The translations under genes and the position numbers were made by a program. DNA of 60,890 bases, filler included, from Theionarchaea archaeon (GTDB lineage Archaea; Methanobacteriota_B; Thermococci; Methanofastidiosales; SZ-28-30): NCBI GenBank assembly GCA_018992565.1. It is 6 parts of 6 records of this genome, joined end to end, with 100 filler letters (N's around TTAATTAATTAA, not from the genome) between each part and the next. Parts side by side here need not be neighbours in the genome. Positions count along the whole stretch, not along the records: positions 27,522 to 54,677 come from JACVGW010000028.1; 5 more parts are not named here. One strand, given 5' to 3'. This document shows positions 33,210 through 44,052 of the stretch, piece after piece. The number at the start of each line of letters is the position of its first letter. Position 1 is the first letter of the stretch. The notes under the pieces were generated by a model, which did no database searches, was not told the DNA's origin, and was given only the letters and a program-made list of their open reading frames with translations.

Positions 33210-34133
33210 ATGTCCATGAACGAGAAACCGCTGTATAATGCCCAGAGGGCTGCAGGACTTACTATTCTCGTCTTAATGGGATTTGGAATTACACAAGTTG
33301 TCATGGGTGAGACAGTGGCCAGAAGTGTGGCCCTTACTGCCAATGGGATTGACTGTATAGGTGACGGGTTTGTTTCATTGATTGTTTGGGTGGGCCTCAG
33401 ATTCTTCAAGAGATCGCCAGACAGCAGGTTCCACTATGGGTACTACAAGATTGAAAACCTTGCCTCAATTGGGGCAGCAATGGTCATGATGGGGCTGGCG
33501 TCGTACATTGTGTACCGGGCATATCAGCAGTTGGTGAATCCTCATCCTGTGAGTATTCCACTCGTGGGAGCTGTTGTTGCTTTACTGGCAGCCCTGGTAG
33601 CATGGGGTATAGGCATACAGAAGTATATACGGGGAAGGAGAATGGGGCTCAGTTCCCTCAAACTAGACGCGATAAACACAGTAAAGGATGGCACTGCCTC
33701 ATTTCTGGCTGTGATAGCCTTGATATTGTCTGCAAGAGGGTATCCGGTAGCAGATGCAGTGGTGGGATTCATTATAGCGGCCATCATTGTGAGTATCGGG
33801 TTTGCCACAGTGAAGGAAGCGAGCTTCGTCCTTGTAGATGCGTGTGATGCTGATTGTTTCTTGAAGAGACAGGAAATCCAGGCCATAGCTGAAGGGGTTT
33901 CAGGAGTCAAGAAAGCGCGTGTCGCCCGGCTGAGGAGGACAGGGCCTGTGATTCAAGGAGAAATCGAAATCGAAGTCCCAGAGGTCATGACAGTCAAGCA
34001 CATGCATGAAATCAGTACTGAAATCAAGACTCTGGTGAGGAATCGATATTCTGACCTGGAACATCTGACAGTAGTGGCAGTTCCTCACCTTACTGACGCT
34101 GAATCAGGTTCCACGTGCCCAGAACCTGGTTAA
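33210..34133 (+). CDS. Cation diffusion facilitator (CDF) transporter
   Basis: SVALTANGID, PD.RFHYGYYKIE, 6 TM helices, C-terminal dimerization domain. Confidence 0.92.
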   Translation: MSMNEKPLYNAQRAAGLTILVLMGFGITQVVMGETVARSVALTANGIDCIGDGFVSLIVWVGLRFFKRSPDSRFHYGYYKIENLASIGAAMVMMGLASYIVYRAYQQLVNPHPVSIPLVGAVVALLAALVAWGIGIQKYIRGRRMGLSSLKLDAINTVKDGTASFLAVIALILSARGYPVADAVVGFIIAAIIVSIGFATVKEASFVLVDACDADCFLKRQEIQAIAEGVSGVKKARVARLRRTGPVIQGEIEIEVPEVMTVKHMHEISTEIKTLVRNRYSDLEHLTVVAVPHLTDAESGSTCPEPG

Positions 34134-34172
34134 GAGTGAAAAGATTATAAAGATAGCCTCACATGGTGTACA

Positions 34173-34961
34173 ATGAAAGAGAATTCAAGGGCTAGTTCAG
34201 AAAAGCAGTTTCAGAACCTCAGGAGATTCAATGCTTTCATGGGTGTCCTCCATCTAGTTCAGGGCATACTCATGGTGGTCATCAGCAGCGACTTCTCTTT
34301 GCCTGTGACTACTACCTATCTGCAGTTCAATTCGGAAACCAGCAGTCTCATACCGGTTACAGAGACGCTGTATCACCTGCCGCTGGGTCCTGCAGTTGCC
34401 CTCTTCCTGTTCATGTCAGCTACTGCACATTTTGTCGTGGCCTCCCCCCAAGGGTTCCCTATGTACGTCAGGAATCTGACGTCGCACATGAATAGCTTCC
34501 GCTGGATCGAGTACGCTTTCAGTGCCTCATTGATGATCGTGTTGATTGCCATGCTTGTAGGGATCTATGACGTTGGAACACTCCTGGCTCTGTTTACGCT
34601 GACAGGGGTTATGAATCTCATGGGATACATGATGGAACTCCATAATCAGAGCACTGAAAAGACGAGCTGGACGTCTTATATCATCGGATGCATTGCAGGA
34701 GTTGTACCCTGGATTGTGATTTTTATATCACTGCTGGGCGCTTCATCCACAGAGGGGACGTCAGTTCCCACCTTTGTCATAGCAATATTCATCTCGATTG
34801 CTGTGTTCTTCAACCTCTTTGCTGTGAATATGGTCCTTCAGTACAAGAAAGTGGGCAGATGGAGGGACTACCTCTACGGAGAAAAGATGTACATCGTTTT
34901 GAGCCTTGTTGCTAAGTCACTGCTAGCGTGGCAAGTATTCGCAGGGACACTGCGTCCGTAG
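34173..34961 (+). CDS. Heliorhodopsin
   Basis: LRRFN..MGVLHLVQG, NSFRWIEYAFSASLM (counterion Glu), YIVLSLVAKSLLAWQVF (retinal Lys). Confidence 0.93.
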   Translation: MKENSRASSEKQFQNLRRFNAFMGVLHLVQGILMVVISSDFSLPVTTTYLQFNSETSSLIPVTETLYHLPLGPAVALFLFMSATAHFVVASPQGFPMYVRNLTSHMNSFRWIEYAFSASLMIVLIAMLVGIYDVGTLLALFTLTGVMNLMGYMMELHNQSTEKTSWTSYIIGCIAGVVPWIVIFISLLGASSTEGTSVPTFVIAIFISIAVFFNLFAVNMVLQYKKVGRWRDYLYGEKMYIVLSLVAKSLLAWQVFAGTLRP

Positions 34962-35081
34962 AATCATTTTTTTTTTCTTTCTTTTTGCAACTTCTCCCCT
35001 GCTCCAGTATCCCCACTTCTTCTCAGTTCAACAGAACAGCCAATGGCAGACCTTAAATAAGTCGACGACACTGGCAACCTG

Positions 35082-35924
35082 ATGGTCACATACGTTACAA
35101 AAGCAGATGGTAGTGAAGCACCTTTTGACAGAAAAAAGATTATGAGAACCTGCTTACGAATGGGTGCTTCTCAGACTCTGGCAGAAACTATAGCACGTGA
35201 CATTGAGAGCAGAGCAGAAGATGGGATCAGGACCCGAAAAATCATGGACATGATTTTTGCACTCATGGCAAAAGATCGACCTGCAGCAAAGCATGTGATA
35301 AGTCTCAGAAAAGCCTTGGCTCTTCTTAAATCAAAACCAGATTTTGAACAGTACGTCAGGGCTCTCCTGGAGAGAAAAGGATATACTGTATCTCCCAACC
35401 AGATAGTCACGGGAAAGTGCGTGGAACACGAGGTTGATGGTATCATTGAAAAGGATGGAAGAACCTTCCTCCTGGAGGTGAAGCATCACCGCAACTACCG
35501 CACTACTACTGGACTGGATGAGGTGCGCATCGCCCGGGCTGTTCTTGAAGATGTTTCAGAGGGGGTTGGACCTGATGCCAGCGCCACCAGAGTTGACGGG
35601 ATTTTCCTGGTGTGTAATACTAAGTTCTCAGATCATGCCAGAAGGTACGCTGACTGCAGGGGGATTCATTACCTGGGATGGAGCTCTTCTCCCGATTTCG
35701 ACATGGCTACATTCATTGGAGAAACTCGATTATATCCTGTAACGTACCTGAAGGGGTTAGACATTGCAACTCTCAAGACCTTGTCCTCTGCCAATATAAT
35801 ACTGCTAAAGCAGGTGGTGGAAATGGATTTCAGTGAATTGAAGAAGAAGACCCACCTGCCGCAAAGGAACCTGAGTTCTCTGGTGAAAAAGGCGGCAGCT
35901 GTCCTCAGTGAGACGAAGAGCTGA
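35082..35924 (+). CDS. ATP-cone plus Mrr-like restriction endonuclease domain protein
   Basis: VTKADGSEAPFDRKKI cone; FEQYV...HEVDG...LEVKHH PD-(D/E)xK motif; C-terminal YPVT.L. Confidence 0.82.
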   Translation: MVTYVTKADGSEAPFDRKKIMRTCLRMGASQTLAETIARDIESRAEDGIRTRKIMDMIFALMAKDRPAAKHVISLRKALALLKSKPDFEQYVRALLERKGYTVSPNQIVTGKCVEHEVDGIIEKDGRTFLLEVKHHRNYRTTTGLDEVRIARAVLEDVSEGVGPDASATRVDGIFLVCNTKFSDHARRYADCRGIHYLGWSSSPDFDMATFIGETRLYPVTYLKGLDIATLKTLSSANIILLKQVVEMDFSELKKKTHLPQRNLSSLVKKAAAVLSETKS

Positions 35925-36074
35925 CACAGTGTTGTGAAGGGTAGCCATTAGGACAGAGGTATCGTAGCTACTTGCCGTTGGGAAACAATCACATTGAATT
36001 TCCAGGCAAAGGGTTATAATTCCTGACACGGATTATCCTGTTATATAGAAAATCAGTAAAAAAGGAGGAATAGT

Positions 36075-37961
36075 ATGAAAACCCTACGTGCAACTCTCGC
36101 AGGTGGAATTATCCTGTTGAGCCTTCTACTTCCAAGTGTCAACTCCCTGGACATTCCTGCAGAGTTTTTTGTTCATGAGGAAACTGGCACAACTGCAGTC
36201 ACCATTGTGGTGGGCAAGCAGGCTGCTGCTATGGACGTTGTATCAGCGACTCTTCTGGCTGCAGCAATTGGAACAATGAGCTTCGCTGAATCTGATGATC
36301 TCATAATAATAGGAGCTTATTCAGCATCTCATGATGATATTCGTCTCCTTGATGAAGAAAATGGAGGGATGCCTGCAGTTGATGTACCGGACAGCGCCCC
36401 CTATGCAGAGTGGGATAATACTACATCTCCTCTCACCTATACTCTTGGGGGGCTGTGGTACTTTGATGACGAGGAACATGCCTTCTGGGGGAATGGAGAC
36501 GGTACATTCCAGCCTTGGGAGACACATGAAGAATTTCAGCTTCAATTCGATCTGGAACGCGCGAGCACGTCTTCTGGATGCAGGACGTGTTTGTATGGGT
36601 GGGAAAAAGAGATCCATGAACAAGCACATTCTGAATGGAGCCGGATCTCTGGAATCATATACAGAGCAGATAATATCTTTGTCCCTCCTACAATCCTGGT
36701 GGATCTGCAGAAAGAAGAACCTCCGAACTTTCCCTACGCCGAGGACTTCGATCCATACACGCTGCTCTTTGTCCCTGAACCCTGGATGGTCATACATGAC
36801 CACCTTCCTTGCTTTACACTCTTTGGAGACATGTACACTGTGATAGATGCGGGCCCTGTGCTGGATGTCAACTTCATCACAGGAAAAGCTGGTTCTCTTC
36901 ACGGCATGCCGTATATCATAACAGGCCAACCCCATTTTGAAGAAGTACTACTGAAGAAAGGAGATCCTTATACTGTCGCTGATTATTCAGTAGAACTTCT
37001 GGACGTTGATATTGACAACAATAGAGCCTATTTTTCGGCTTCCATGTACGGAGAGGTTCTGGAATATTTCTGGGTGGTACTTGATCCTCTCACTGGATTC
37101 TCCTCAGAAGTCTACAGTGAGAATTTCCCCTTTGCCGCGTACCAGTGTTGCACTGATGTGAATAGAAACAGAAGACTGGACCCGGGAGAGCTGACTGCTC
37201 TTGCTACCTACGACTACGATAGCGATGGTGTTCGTGATTATGAAAAACCAATTATCCATCGCATTGAAGAAGGTGCTTGGGCAGATTACACATGGTTCTA
37301 TTACACGAATGACAGGGGACAAGGGAGTCTCCTGTTCAGCGCAGTTGATATCGTCATTGATGGCATCCAAATAGTCACAGGTGAAGGTGGTGCTCTGGCT
37401 GTAAGATCCAATGTATACTGGCTGGAAAACAAGAAGTTCTGGTACGGTAGATCGTGTGCCTCTCCCTGGACATCTGATCCTCATGATTACAGGCTTGTCC
37501 TGGATGTATGCCAGGCAGGATGGGATGACAGAGACGAGGGATTGCTTATCCACCAGCCTCCAGGTACTGGATTGTGGCCACCTGTTACTTCCTTGGACGA
37601 AGACGACGTACTGGGTAATGGGTTTCTGGACAGCAACGACGGCCACAGCGGATACGAGGTGATGCAGTGGCATGGGGTTCTACCTGAGTGTGACGATCTG
37701 GACAGGGATGGCAGCTTNNNNNNNNNNNNNNNNNNNNNNNNNNNNNNNNNNNNNNNNNNNNNNNNNNNNNNNNNNNNNNNNNNNNNNNNNNNNNNNNNNN
37801 NNNNNNNNNNNNNNNNNTCTATGGTAAACTGGGAAATATCTGCTGGCGAATGGGAATACATTAGAGCACCGTACGGAACCTGTGACATTCTCATTGTAGC
37901 AGGAAAAGATCGAGATGCTACTCGGGAAGCCGTCTTGGCCCTAGTTGAAGGACTGAGGTAA
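36075..37961 (+). CDS. S-layer protein (Thermococcales/Methanococcales-type termini), internal N gap at 37718-37817
   Basis: Signal peptide; IVVGKQAAAMDVVSA at N-terminus; ILIVAGKDRDATREA at C-terminus; acidic, with DxDxDG motifs. Confidence 0.85.
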   Translation: MKTLRATLAGGIILLSLLLPSVNSLDIPAEFFVHEETGTTAVTIVVGKQAAAMDVVSATLLAAAIGTMSFAESDDLIIIGAYSASHDDIRLLDEENGGMPAVDVPDSAPYAEWDNTTSPLTYTLGGLWYFDDEEHAFWGNGDGTFQPWETHEEFQLQFDLERASTSSGCRTCLYGWEKEIHEQAHSEWSRISGIIYRADNIFVPPTILVDLQKEEPPNFPYAEDFDPYTLLFVPEPWMVIHDHLPCFTLFGDMYTVIDAGPVLDVNFITGKAGSLHGMPYIITGQPHFEEVLLKKGDPYTVADYSVELLDVDIDNNRAYFSASMYGEVLEYFWVVLDPLTGFSSEVYSENFPFAAYQCCTDVNRNRRLDPGELTALATYDYDSDGVRDYEKPIIHRIEEGAWADYTWFYYTNDRGQGSLLFSAVDIVIDGIQIVTGEGGALAVRSNVYWLENKKFWYGRSCASPWTSDPHDYRLVLDVCQAGWDDRDEGLLIHQPPGTGLWPPVTSLDEDDVLGNGFLDSNDGHSGYEVMQWHGVLPECDDLDRDGSXXXXXXXXXXXXXXXXXXXXXXXXXXXXXXXXXXSMVNWEISAGEWEYIRAPYGTCDILIVAGKDRDATREAVLALVEGLR

Positions 37962-38120
37962 CCACAGAGTGACAATTTCCTTTTTTTTTCTTTTACATGC
38001 CAACCGGGCATGCCTGCCTGCACAGTCCGCAGTTCACTTTGGAATCAATAATAATTAACATTATTGATTATCAATAATGATTTACAATATTATTAAATAA
38101 CAGCTTCTCTGTTCATCGGC

Positions 38121-39038
38121 TCATACATTCATAGCGTAGAACGTGAAGATAACGACATCTGGCAGGAAGTGAATCAACCATGCCCAGAAGAATCCTCTTG
38201 TCTCCAGGAGGCTCTTCCCCAAGAACCATCCAAGGAATCCCGAGAGGAGAACACCCAGCACTCCATTGGGAACACCGTAGTAGTGTCCAAGCCCGAAATA
38301 GACCGTTGTTATTACGAGAGCCTGTTGACTGCCCAGAGCGGATACCAGTACAGAGAGGGGGGCAGCACGCAAGGTGAACTCTTCATTGAAAGCATTTATT
38401 GCTGCTATGAATACAGCAACAGGGATCAGGGGCAATACAGTCATGAAGGCATTTGCTGTTGGGCGCGTTGAAAGAACCAGGAAGATAAAAGTCACCACAG
38501 TAAATACCACAGCAAAGATACTCCCCGTTCTTGTCCAGGGCTCCGGCTTCTTCATCCCCAAAAGCCTTGAGGGTTCAACAGGGGCATCTAGTGTACCCTT
38601 CACCAGGAAAAGGTCGGGAAGTCTCCTTCCTGTGAGCAGTAGCCCTGCAAGAATGACGAGAGCAGGGGACAGCCTTACAAGGTGGGTCACAACTGCTGAA
38701 ACTGCCCACGGTGCCTGAGTCTCCCATGTAGTCCAGGCAGAAGTACCTCGAATAAAGGGGATTATTCCCCACTTCCAGCCGCCTCCAAACCCGAGAACGA
38801 ATATCGTCAGTAGGACTCCTACAAATGCTCTCAACGGCTTCAAGTCCTTGTCAATGAAAGTGAAAGCACAGAGCACTAGTAATCCAACAGCATGAATCCA
38901 GGGCCACCAAGAAGGCTCACCTGATGACACTTCTCGCCAGATAATAACTGCGAGGTTGCTGGTGACTAACATGGAAATCCATGCAATCAGTATCCTCTTC
39001 CGACGCAACCATTCTCCAGGAGATTCCTTGTCATTCAT
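38121..39038 (-). CDS. CPBP/Abi (CAAX-like) intramembrane glutamic protease
   Basis: NEEFTLR, FGLGHY, WLIHFLPD. Confidence 0.9.
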   Translation of the reverse strand: MNDKESPGEWLRRKRILIAWISMLVTSNLAVIIWREVSSGEPSWWPWIHAVGLLVLCAFTFIDKDLKPLRAFVGVLLTIFVLGFGGGWKWGIIPFIRGTSAWTTWETQAPWAVSAVVTHLVRLSPALVILAGLLLTGRRLPDLFLVKGTLDAPVEPSRLLGMKKPEPWTRTGSIFAVVFTVVTFIFLVLSTRPTANAFMTVLPLIPVAVFIAAINAFNEEFTLRAAPLSVLVSALGSQQALVITTVYFGLGHYYGVPNGVLGVLLSGFLGWFLGKSLLETRGFFWAWLIHFLPDVVIFTFYAMNV

Positions 39039-39072
39039 GCCGCTGGGTGATTCTGCGAGTATTTAAGCATTA

Positions 39073-40401
39073 CTATGCCTTTCTGGCCACAGGACTCACA
39101 GGCTTGTACAACAAGAGGGAACGATCCTTTTCAGTTCGATATATCCACCGTATAGCCGGTGAGATCACGTTCGAACCCTTGTGAATAACAAAACCAAGGA
39201 CTGCTGCTGATATCAGGAGTTTCATGTCCAGAAACTGCTCGAAATGTAACGTACCTGAGAAATCCTTTTTCTGAGTACCAAGATCAATGAGAATGATCCT
39301 TGAGCGGAAGTTCTGGGTATCCCTCCCATCCTCATATGCTATGCACGCAGCCATCTTCTCCCCGTCTGGTGACCAAGTACTATCGCTGACGATTACATGC
39401 CCCATGTATTCGTCGTTCCCGGGCTCATTGAACCACGTCAACCGCTGCTTGTGAGAACCATTTGCATCCATTATCCACAATTCGGTCTTCAATTTGAGGC
39501 CCCACACATGGTTTCTCATGTCATCAAAGGTAATCCCTAAATCACCAAGGTCGGTACTGGACATCCAGGCAATCTTTTCCCCATTAGGGCTATAGTGAGC
39601 ATGTTCGTCCCAATCGTCGAAGGTATCAGTCAACCTTGTGAGGTCCTCTGTCTTGAGGTCGAGCTCGTAGATATCCAGTCCACTCTCCAGTTGGGTTGAG
39701 AGAAGGTTTCCTGAAAAGAGGATCTTTGTGTCATCTCCAGAGAAAGCATGGCTCTCATAGAATCTCAGTGATGCACCTGGCTGGTAGGCCCGGATATTCT
39801 CCAGGTGGCACAGATCATCATCAACTATAAAGTCCGCCACCTTCAACGCCCACTCCCCCCAGGGAGTCCCATCCTTCCTCTCAATCCTTTCTGCCCACAA
39901 GAGCATACTGCCATCATGGGAGAACTGGGGGTGAATCACACCTTTGGGATTGGCAAAGCTTGTGGGATACTCTGTTAATTGCCAGAAGGTTTCACCATCT
40001 GATGTCACTGCCCATAGGTTGCAGTTAATGCCTCTTCCAGGGATAGAGACTCTGTCATACTCATGACCTTCAACATCCTCATTTTCAGAAGTGAATACGA
40101 TGTACTCCCCTGAAGGATGCCACACGGGGTTTCCGTTGTGCTTTTGGGGACATTCCTTGCCGGTGAGACATTTCTCCTGAGAACCGTCAGGATTCATTAT
40201 ATGCACATCGTAGTATGAATCATCCCCCATTTTACCGAAGACAATGCGGTTGTTCGCAGGACACCAGTCCAGGCTTTTTCCATACTCTACAATGGTAGTA
40301 ACGTTCGCTGCAGTAGAACTGGAATCGTTCCTCTTCTGACTCTGGCCTGCACATCCAGAACAGAAAATTACCACAATAACGACAATCATAACCTTTTTCA
40401 T
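39073..40401 (-). CDS. TolB/PD40-type beta-propeller lipoprotein
   Basis: Lipobox-like FCSGC; repeats NPVWHPSG, PQFSHDG, HYSPNG, TWSPDG. Confidence 0.82.
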   Translation of the reverse strand: MKKVMIVVIVVIFCSGCAGQSQKRNDSSSTAANVTTIVEYGKSLDWCPANNRIVFGKMGDDSYYDVHIMNPDGSQEKCLTGKECPQKHNGNPVWHPSGEYIVFTSENEDVEGHEYDRVSIPGRGINCNLWAVTSDGETFWQLTEYPTSFANPKGVIHPQFSHDGSMLLWAERIERKDGTPWGEWALKVADFIVDDDLCHLENIRAYQPGASLRFYESHAFSGDDTKILFSGNLLSTQLESGLDIYELDLKTEDLTRLTDTFDDWDEHAHYSPNGEKIAWMSSTDLGDLGITFDDMRNHVWGLKLKTELWIMDANGSHKQRLTWFNEPGNDEYMGHVIVSDSTWSPDGEKMAACIAYEDGRDTQNFRSRIILIDLGTQKKDFSGTLHFEQFLDMKLLISAAVLGFVIHKGSNVISPAIRWIYRTEKDRSLLLYKPVSPVARKA

Positions 40402-40531
40402 GAAAAGACTGCTCAGACATGGTATTTATACGTTCCGTTGTAGTTTAGAGTGCTGGATTCACTATGTTGTATTCTGGAGCCAACCTCCTAAACCTCGAGG
40501 CGGCTTCGGGAAGGGAACCATGGGCGTCATT

Positions 40532-40774
40532 TCAGATGGATTCTCTACTTTTGACCATAAAAACGATTGCTACAGCGAATATCAGCACTGAAAGTCCATC
40601 AAAGAATCCCATGACAAGATTTGCCGACGATCCAAGAATTCCAAAGTCCTCTATCACAGAAGATATGCTTGAGGTGAAAAGACCCACCACAAGGAGAAGC
40701 ATACCATTCTTGAATTTCTTGTCATCCATGGAAGGCATTCCGTAACCACTCTTATAAGGATTGTTGATGTCCAC
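40532..40774 (-). CDS. Small two-TM membrane protein
   Basis: Two hydrophobic helices, GFFDGLS motif. Confidence 0.55.
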   Translation of the reverse strand: MDINNPYKSGYGMPSMDDKKFKNGMLLLVVGLFTSSISSVIEDFGILGSSANLVMGFFDGLSVLIFAVAIVFMVKSRESI

Positions 40775-40849
40775 TCTCTCAAGTCTATCTGGCTACGAAT
40801 TCGTGAAAGACTTGCCTACACTCCAGGTCAGAGTTCATGAAGAGAGAGT

Positions 40850-41356
40850 ATGTCTTTCGTCCAGGGCATAAAATTCTTGACTATGCGCTTCCACATACGT
40901 ACAATGAGCCTATCCAGAAGCCAGTGCTTACGACTGCTTATTACAGTCATTTTCTTAATATATTTAGGGTCACCTTCACTGAGAACCTTTACTTCTCCAG
41001 AATCAGTACTACACGCCTCAGAAACTGAGGAATACGCTGTGTATAGTGCAATAATCAACGAAAGGGAGCCCGGGGGACTTGTTGTCATATGTGACCATAC
41101 CTCACCAGGCTTTAGTGGCAAGCTATGCATGAGCGGGACCTTCTTTTCACGTCGTTTTCCTTTGGTAGAAGAAACAACTATTGAGGATTTCCTGTCAAAG
41201 AATGAACAATCGGATCCTGTAGAGAACTGCTTTTATGTCAAATGTTTACATTGGAAGCGGCAGGGGGCCCTTGCTGGTGCGGGGTAGTATGTAGTACAAA
41301 TCAAGGAGGATGACAGGTGGATCGTCCAGGATACAGCCCCGGCATGGATTTCCTAG
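40850..41356 (+). pseudogene. Probable degraded secreted protein gene with in-frame TAG at 41285-41287
   Basis: Frame continues past TAG as YVVQIKEDDRWIVQDTAPAWIS*, a natural-looking C-terminus after GALAGAG. Confidence 0.5.
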
Positions 41357-41365
41357 AGGGGGATC

Positions 41366-43237
41366 TCATATCCTTGAAATCTCTACAGTACATTCGCCAG
41401 GAGCATCTGCGTAAACCAGTAGGCTGTCATCTCTTCTCTCAAACTGCCCACTGGTTATCGTCACTGCAACTCCCCGGGGATACTGAATACCAGGGACAAA
41501 AATCTCTGTAGGGCTGCTCGCTTCTAAATCAGCTTCAAAAATAAAGGTGAATCGCCCGCTTTTCAAATTGAAGGACATGCTACGTGGAGTTCCTGCAGTT
41601 TTTCTAGCATATGGACGGCAAAATCCCTTAATAGCTCTTCCCCCACTGCCGATGTCATTATCTCTCTGCTGGTCCCTGCTGAAAATAGATAGGTCCTCCA
41701 GGTTCCACTGATCACCCCATTGGTTTGTATTATCTGCCGTGTAGTTCCATAGAGTGCTGTGAAGCAAGAGGGAATCCAGGGTATCATAGTTCATGGCTAA
41801 TGCTGTGACCTGGCTTGAGAAGTCACCAGTTCTGTACGCTTCTTTGTTATTCATGTCGAAAGGAATGCCAAATTCACCAATGACCGTTGGAATATTCTGC
41901 ATTCTGGCTGAAGCCTCTTTCATTCTTCTTAGTTGACGTTCAAACATTTTCCTGATGCCCCTTTGTGTTAAGACAAGACTTCCTGTCGTAATGTCATAGT
42001 TGTACAGCGTGGAGAATCTCCTGGTAATGAGGGTGACACCATCATACCAGTGGCTTGCGTTCACGACATTCTGGGCATCCTTCACCCCCCATTTCATAGG
42101 TTCTGTGTGGTAGGGTTCTCCTTCAATAAAGATGAAAGTATCTGGGTGGTTGTTTCTGATTTGGACGGCATATCGATTGATAAATGGAGTGAGATAGTCA
42201 GCGAAGAAGTGTACAGGATTACCATTGAGTATTCCAAAGTGATGGGGATGCAGTAACAGTGGGCCTTCATGACCTGGTTCCCAGATGCTTTCTTTCTGCC
42301 AGATGTCATCCCTGTCATGAAGCCAGCATGATACCTTCCCGGGATTGATGATAGTCTCCCCTGTTATCTTTACCCCGAGCCTCTTGAGCTCTGCCACTTT
42401 AACAGCCCGAGAAATCCCTGATGATGAAACCATTCCATCAAAGGGCGAGATCTGCAGCCCGGGCATGATCTGACCTGCAACTCGTATAGGTACAGTGAGA
42501 TCGTCAACGCCAATAAACCCAGGGTGCGGTTCATTCAGACATTCATATCCTATGACATGGGGGAGGTCTTTCAGTTGTTCAGCAACCTGGGTTACAGCAT
42601 TGATATAGTGTGTCTGCATATACTCCTGAACTGGCTCCCCCTCAATGAGACAATGTGGTGCAAAATCAGTCCCCCCAAAGAATAACGTGAACATAGTTGC
42701 TGCTGCAAATCGGCTATAATTCTGTGACCAGCACATGGGTTCATACTCTGGGTAGCGATACTGCATAACAAGAGCTGCCTCTGTTGCGTCAAATGCTGTG
42801 ACGTTCAGTCCCACCTTCTCAAAAAGCCATCCAGGTGCGCCGTCTCCTCCTGTCATCCTGCTCCATACATCCTGGTGAGGATCTATGAAAACATAAAAGC
42901 CGTATTCTCCCGCCTTCTCTATTATCGCTCTCAGGTAGTCCAGGTATGCTGTATCATAAACGCCTGGTCCCCCATGTTCGATAGCTTCCCAGGTGATGAG
43001 AACCCTGAGACAGTTGAATCCCCATTTCTGAAGGCGCGAAAAATGTTCATCAGCTTCTTCCAGGGGGAAGGGACGTCCAACGAAGGAGACATCTTTACTA
43101 TCTGAGAAATCTGTTCTCATGTGGGTTGCCCCATCAGGAGCAGGGACTTTGGAACTTCCTCCGAGATTCACTCCCCGGAGTAAGACTGATCGTCCTTCAG
43201 CATCCTTGAACCATTCTTTTTCTGCAGTTAGCAACAT
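41366..43237 (-). CDS. GH5 endoglycoceramidase/steryl-glucosidase-like glycoside hydrolase
   Basis: LRGVNLGG, WEAIEH.GPG.YD, DPHQDVWSR, LNEP (acid/base), IGEFGIP (nucleophile), RPY C-terminal domain. Confidence 0.92.
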   Translation of the reverse strand: MLLTAEKEWFKDAEGRSVLLRGVNLGGSSKVPAPDGATHMRTDFSDSKDVSFVGRPFPLEEADEHFSRLQKWGFNCLRVLITWEAIEHGGPGVYDTAYLDYLRAIIEKAGEYGFYVFIDPHQDVWSRMTGGDGAPGWLFEKVGLNVTAFDATEAALVMQYRYPEYEPMCWSQNYSRFAAATMFTLFFGGTDFAPHCLIEGEPVQEYMQTHYINAVTQVAEQLKDLPHVIGYECLNEPHPGFIGVDDLTVPIRVAGQIMPGLQISPFDGMVSSSGISRAVKVAELKRLGVKITGETIINPGKVSCWLHDRDDIWQKESIWEPGHEGPLLLHPHHFGILNGNPVHFFADYLTPFINRYAVQIRNNHPDTFIFIEGEPYHTEPMKWGVKDAQNVVNASHWYDGVTLITRRFSTLYNYDITTGSLVLTQRGIRKMFERQLRRMKEASARMQNIPTVIGEFGIPFDMNNKEAYRTGDFSSQVTALAMNYDTLDSLLLHSTLWNYTADNTNQWGDQWNLEDLSIFSRDQQRDNDIGSGGRAIKGFCRPYARKTAGTPRSMSFNLKSGRFTFIFEADLEASSPTEIFVPGIQYPRGVAVTITSGQFERRDDSLLVYADAPGECTVEISRI

Positions 43238-43287
43238 TAAATCACTCCCGGGTGAACACAGCGGGAATTCAAATCCTTTGGTCTCAG

Positions 43288-43803
43288 CTATGTTCCACTC
43301 TTGATAACATTCTCGGCCCAGCTGGCAGCACGCTCCAGTTCTCCCTCCTTTAATGGGCCTTCTTTGCCCTTGACGAAGAACCCTTCAGGGGGCACTCTCG
43401 GGTTCCCACCTTTTTTTCTGAGTTCATCAGCAATACGGGGAGCAGCATAGCCGCCCACCTTCATAATGAACCGTAGCCCCTTCCCTGCATCATCTGCAGG
43501 CATCCGTGTGTCAAAAGCGGCCACAGAAATTCCTTCAAGAGCACCTTCGGGGATGCTCTTGACAAATTTCTGTATGGGCTTTGTAGCTCTGAATCCCTGG
43601 GTGGGAGAACCCACTATGAGGACATCAATGGACCCCACATCAGAGGCGTGCGCTTCACTGGCGCGGAGCACCTTGACGTCACCAGGTATTACACTGCTCA
43701 TGGACGTGGCAATTTTCTCTGTGTTCCCATACCATGAGTCATACACTATCAGGGCTTTCACTGCAGGAAGTGCCTCGTGGTTATGAATATCAGTCTTTCC
43801 CAT
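43288..43803 (-). CDS. Flavodoxin-like protein
   Basis: YDSWYGNTEKIA, VGSPT, AAFDTR, GPLKEGELERA. Confidence 0.9.
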   Translation of the reverse strand: MGKTDIHNHEALPAVKALIVYDSWYGNTEKIATSMSSVIPGDVKVLRASEAHASDVGSIDVLIVGSPTQGFRATKPIQKFVKSIPEGALEGISVAAFDTRMPADDAGKGLRFIMKVGGYAAPRIADELRKKGGNPRVPPEGFFVKGKEGPLKEGELERAASWAENVIKSGT

Positions 43804-44052
43804 AAATAAATTATTCACTTTCAGTTTTAAAACCTTTCCACTTCTTCCTCTTAGCCTTTCCCTGATACAGGATCCGGATAGCCCAGGCAAAGGTACCAGG
43901 ACAACTGAATAGACATGAATTCTGGTATCCTAGAAGTAAAGACAATGCCTCAACAGCGTGAGAACATGTCCTGGCCCTTGCATGTAGTGAGACATTTAAA
44001 TATCCTCAAGACAGAAGTAGCTGGTGGTAGCGTGAATTACAGGAGACATCTT

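Noticed and set aside
35082..35924. Mrr-like nuclease as a novel defence system
   Set aside because: ATP-cone/Mrr fusions are common stand-alone genes; no methylase or defence island nearby.
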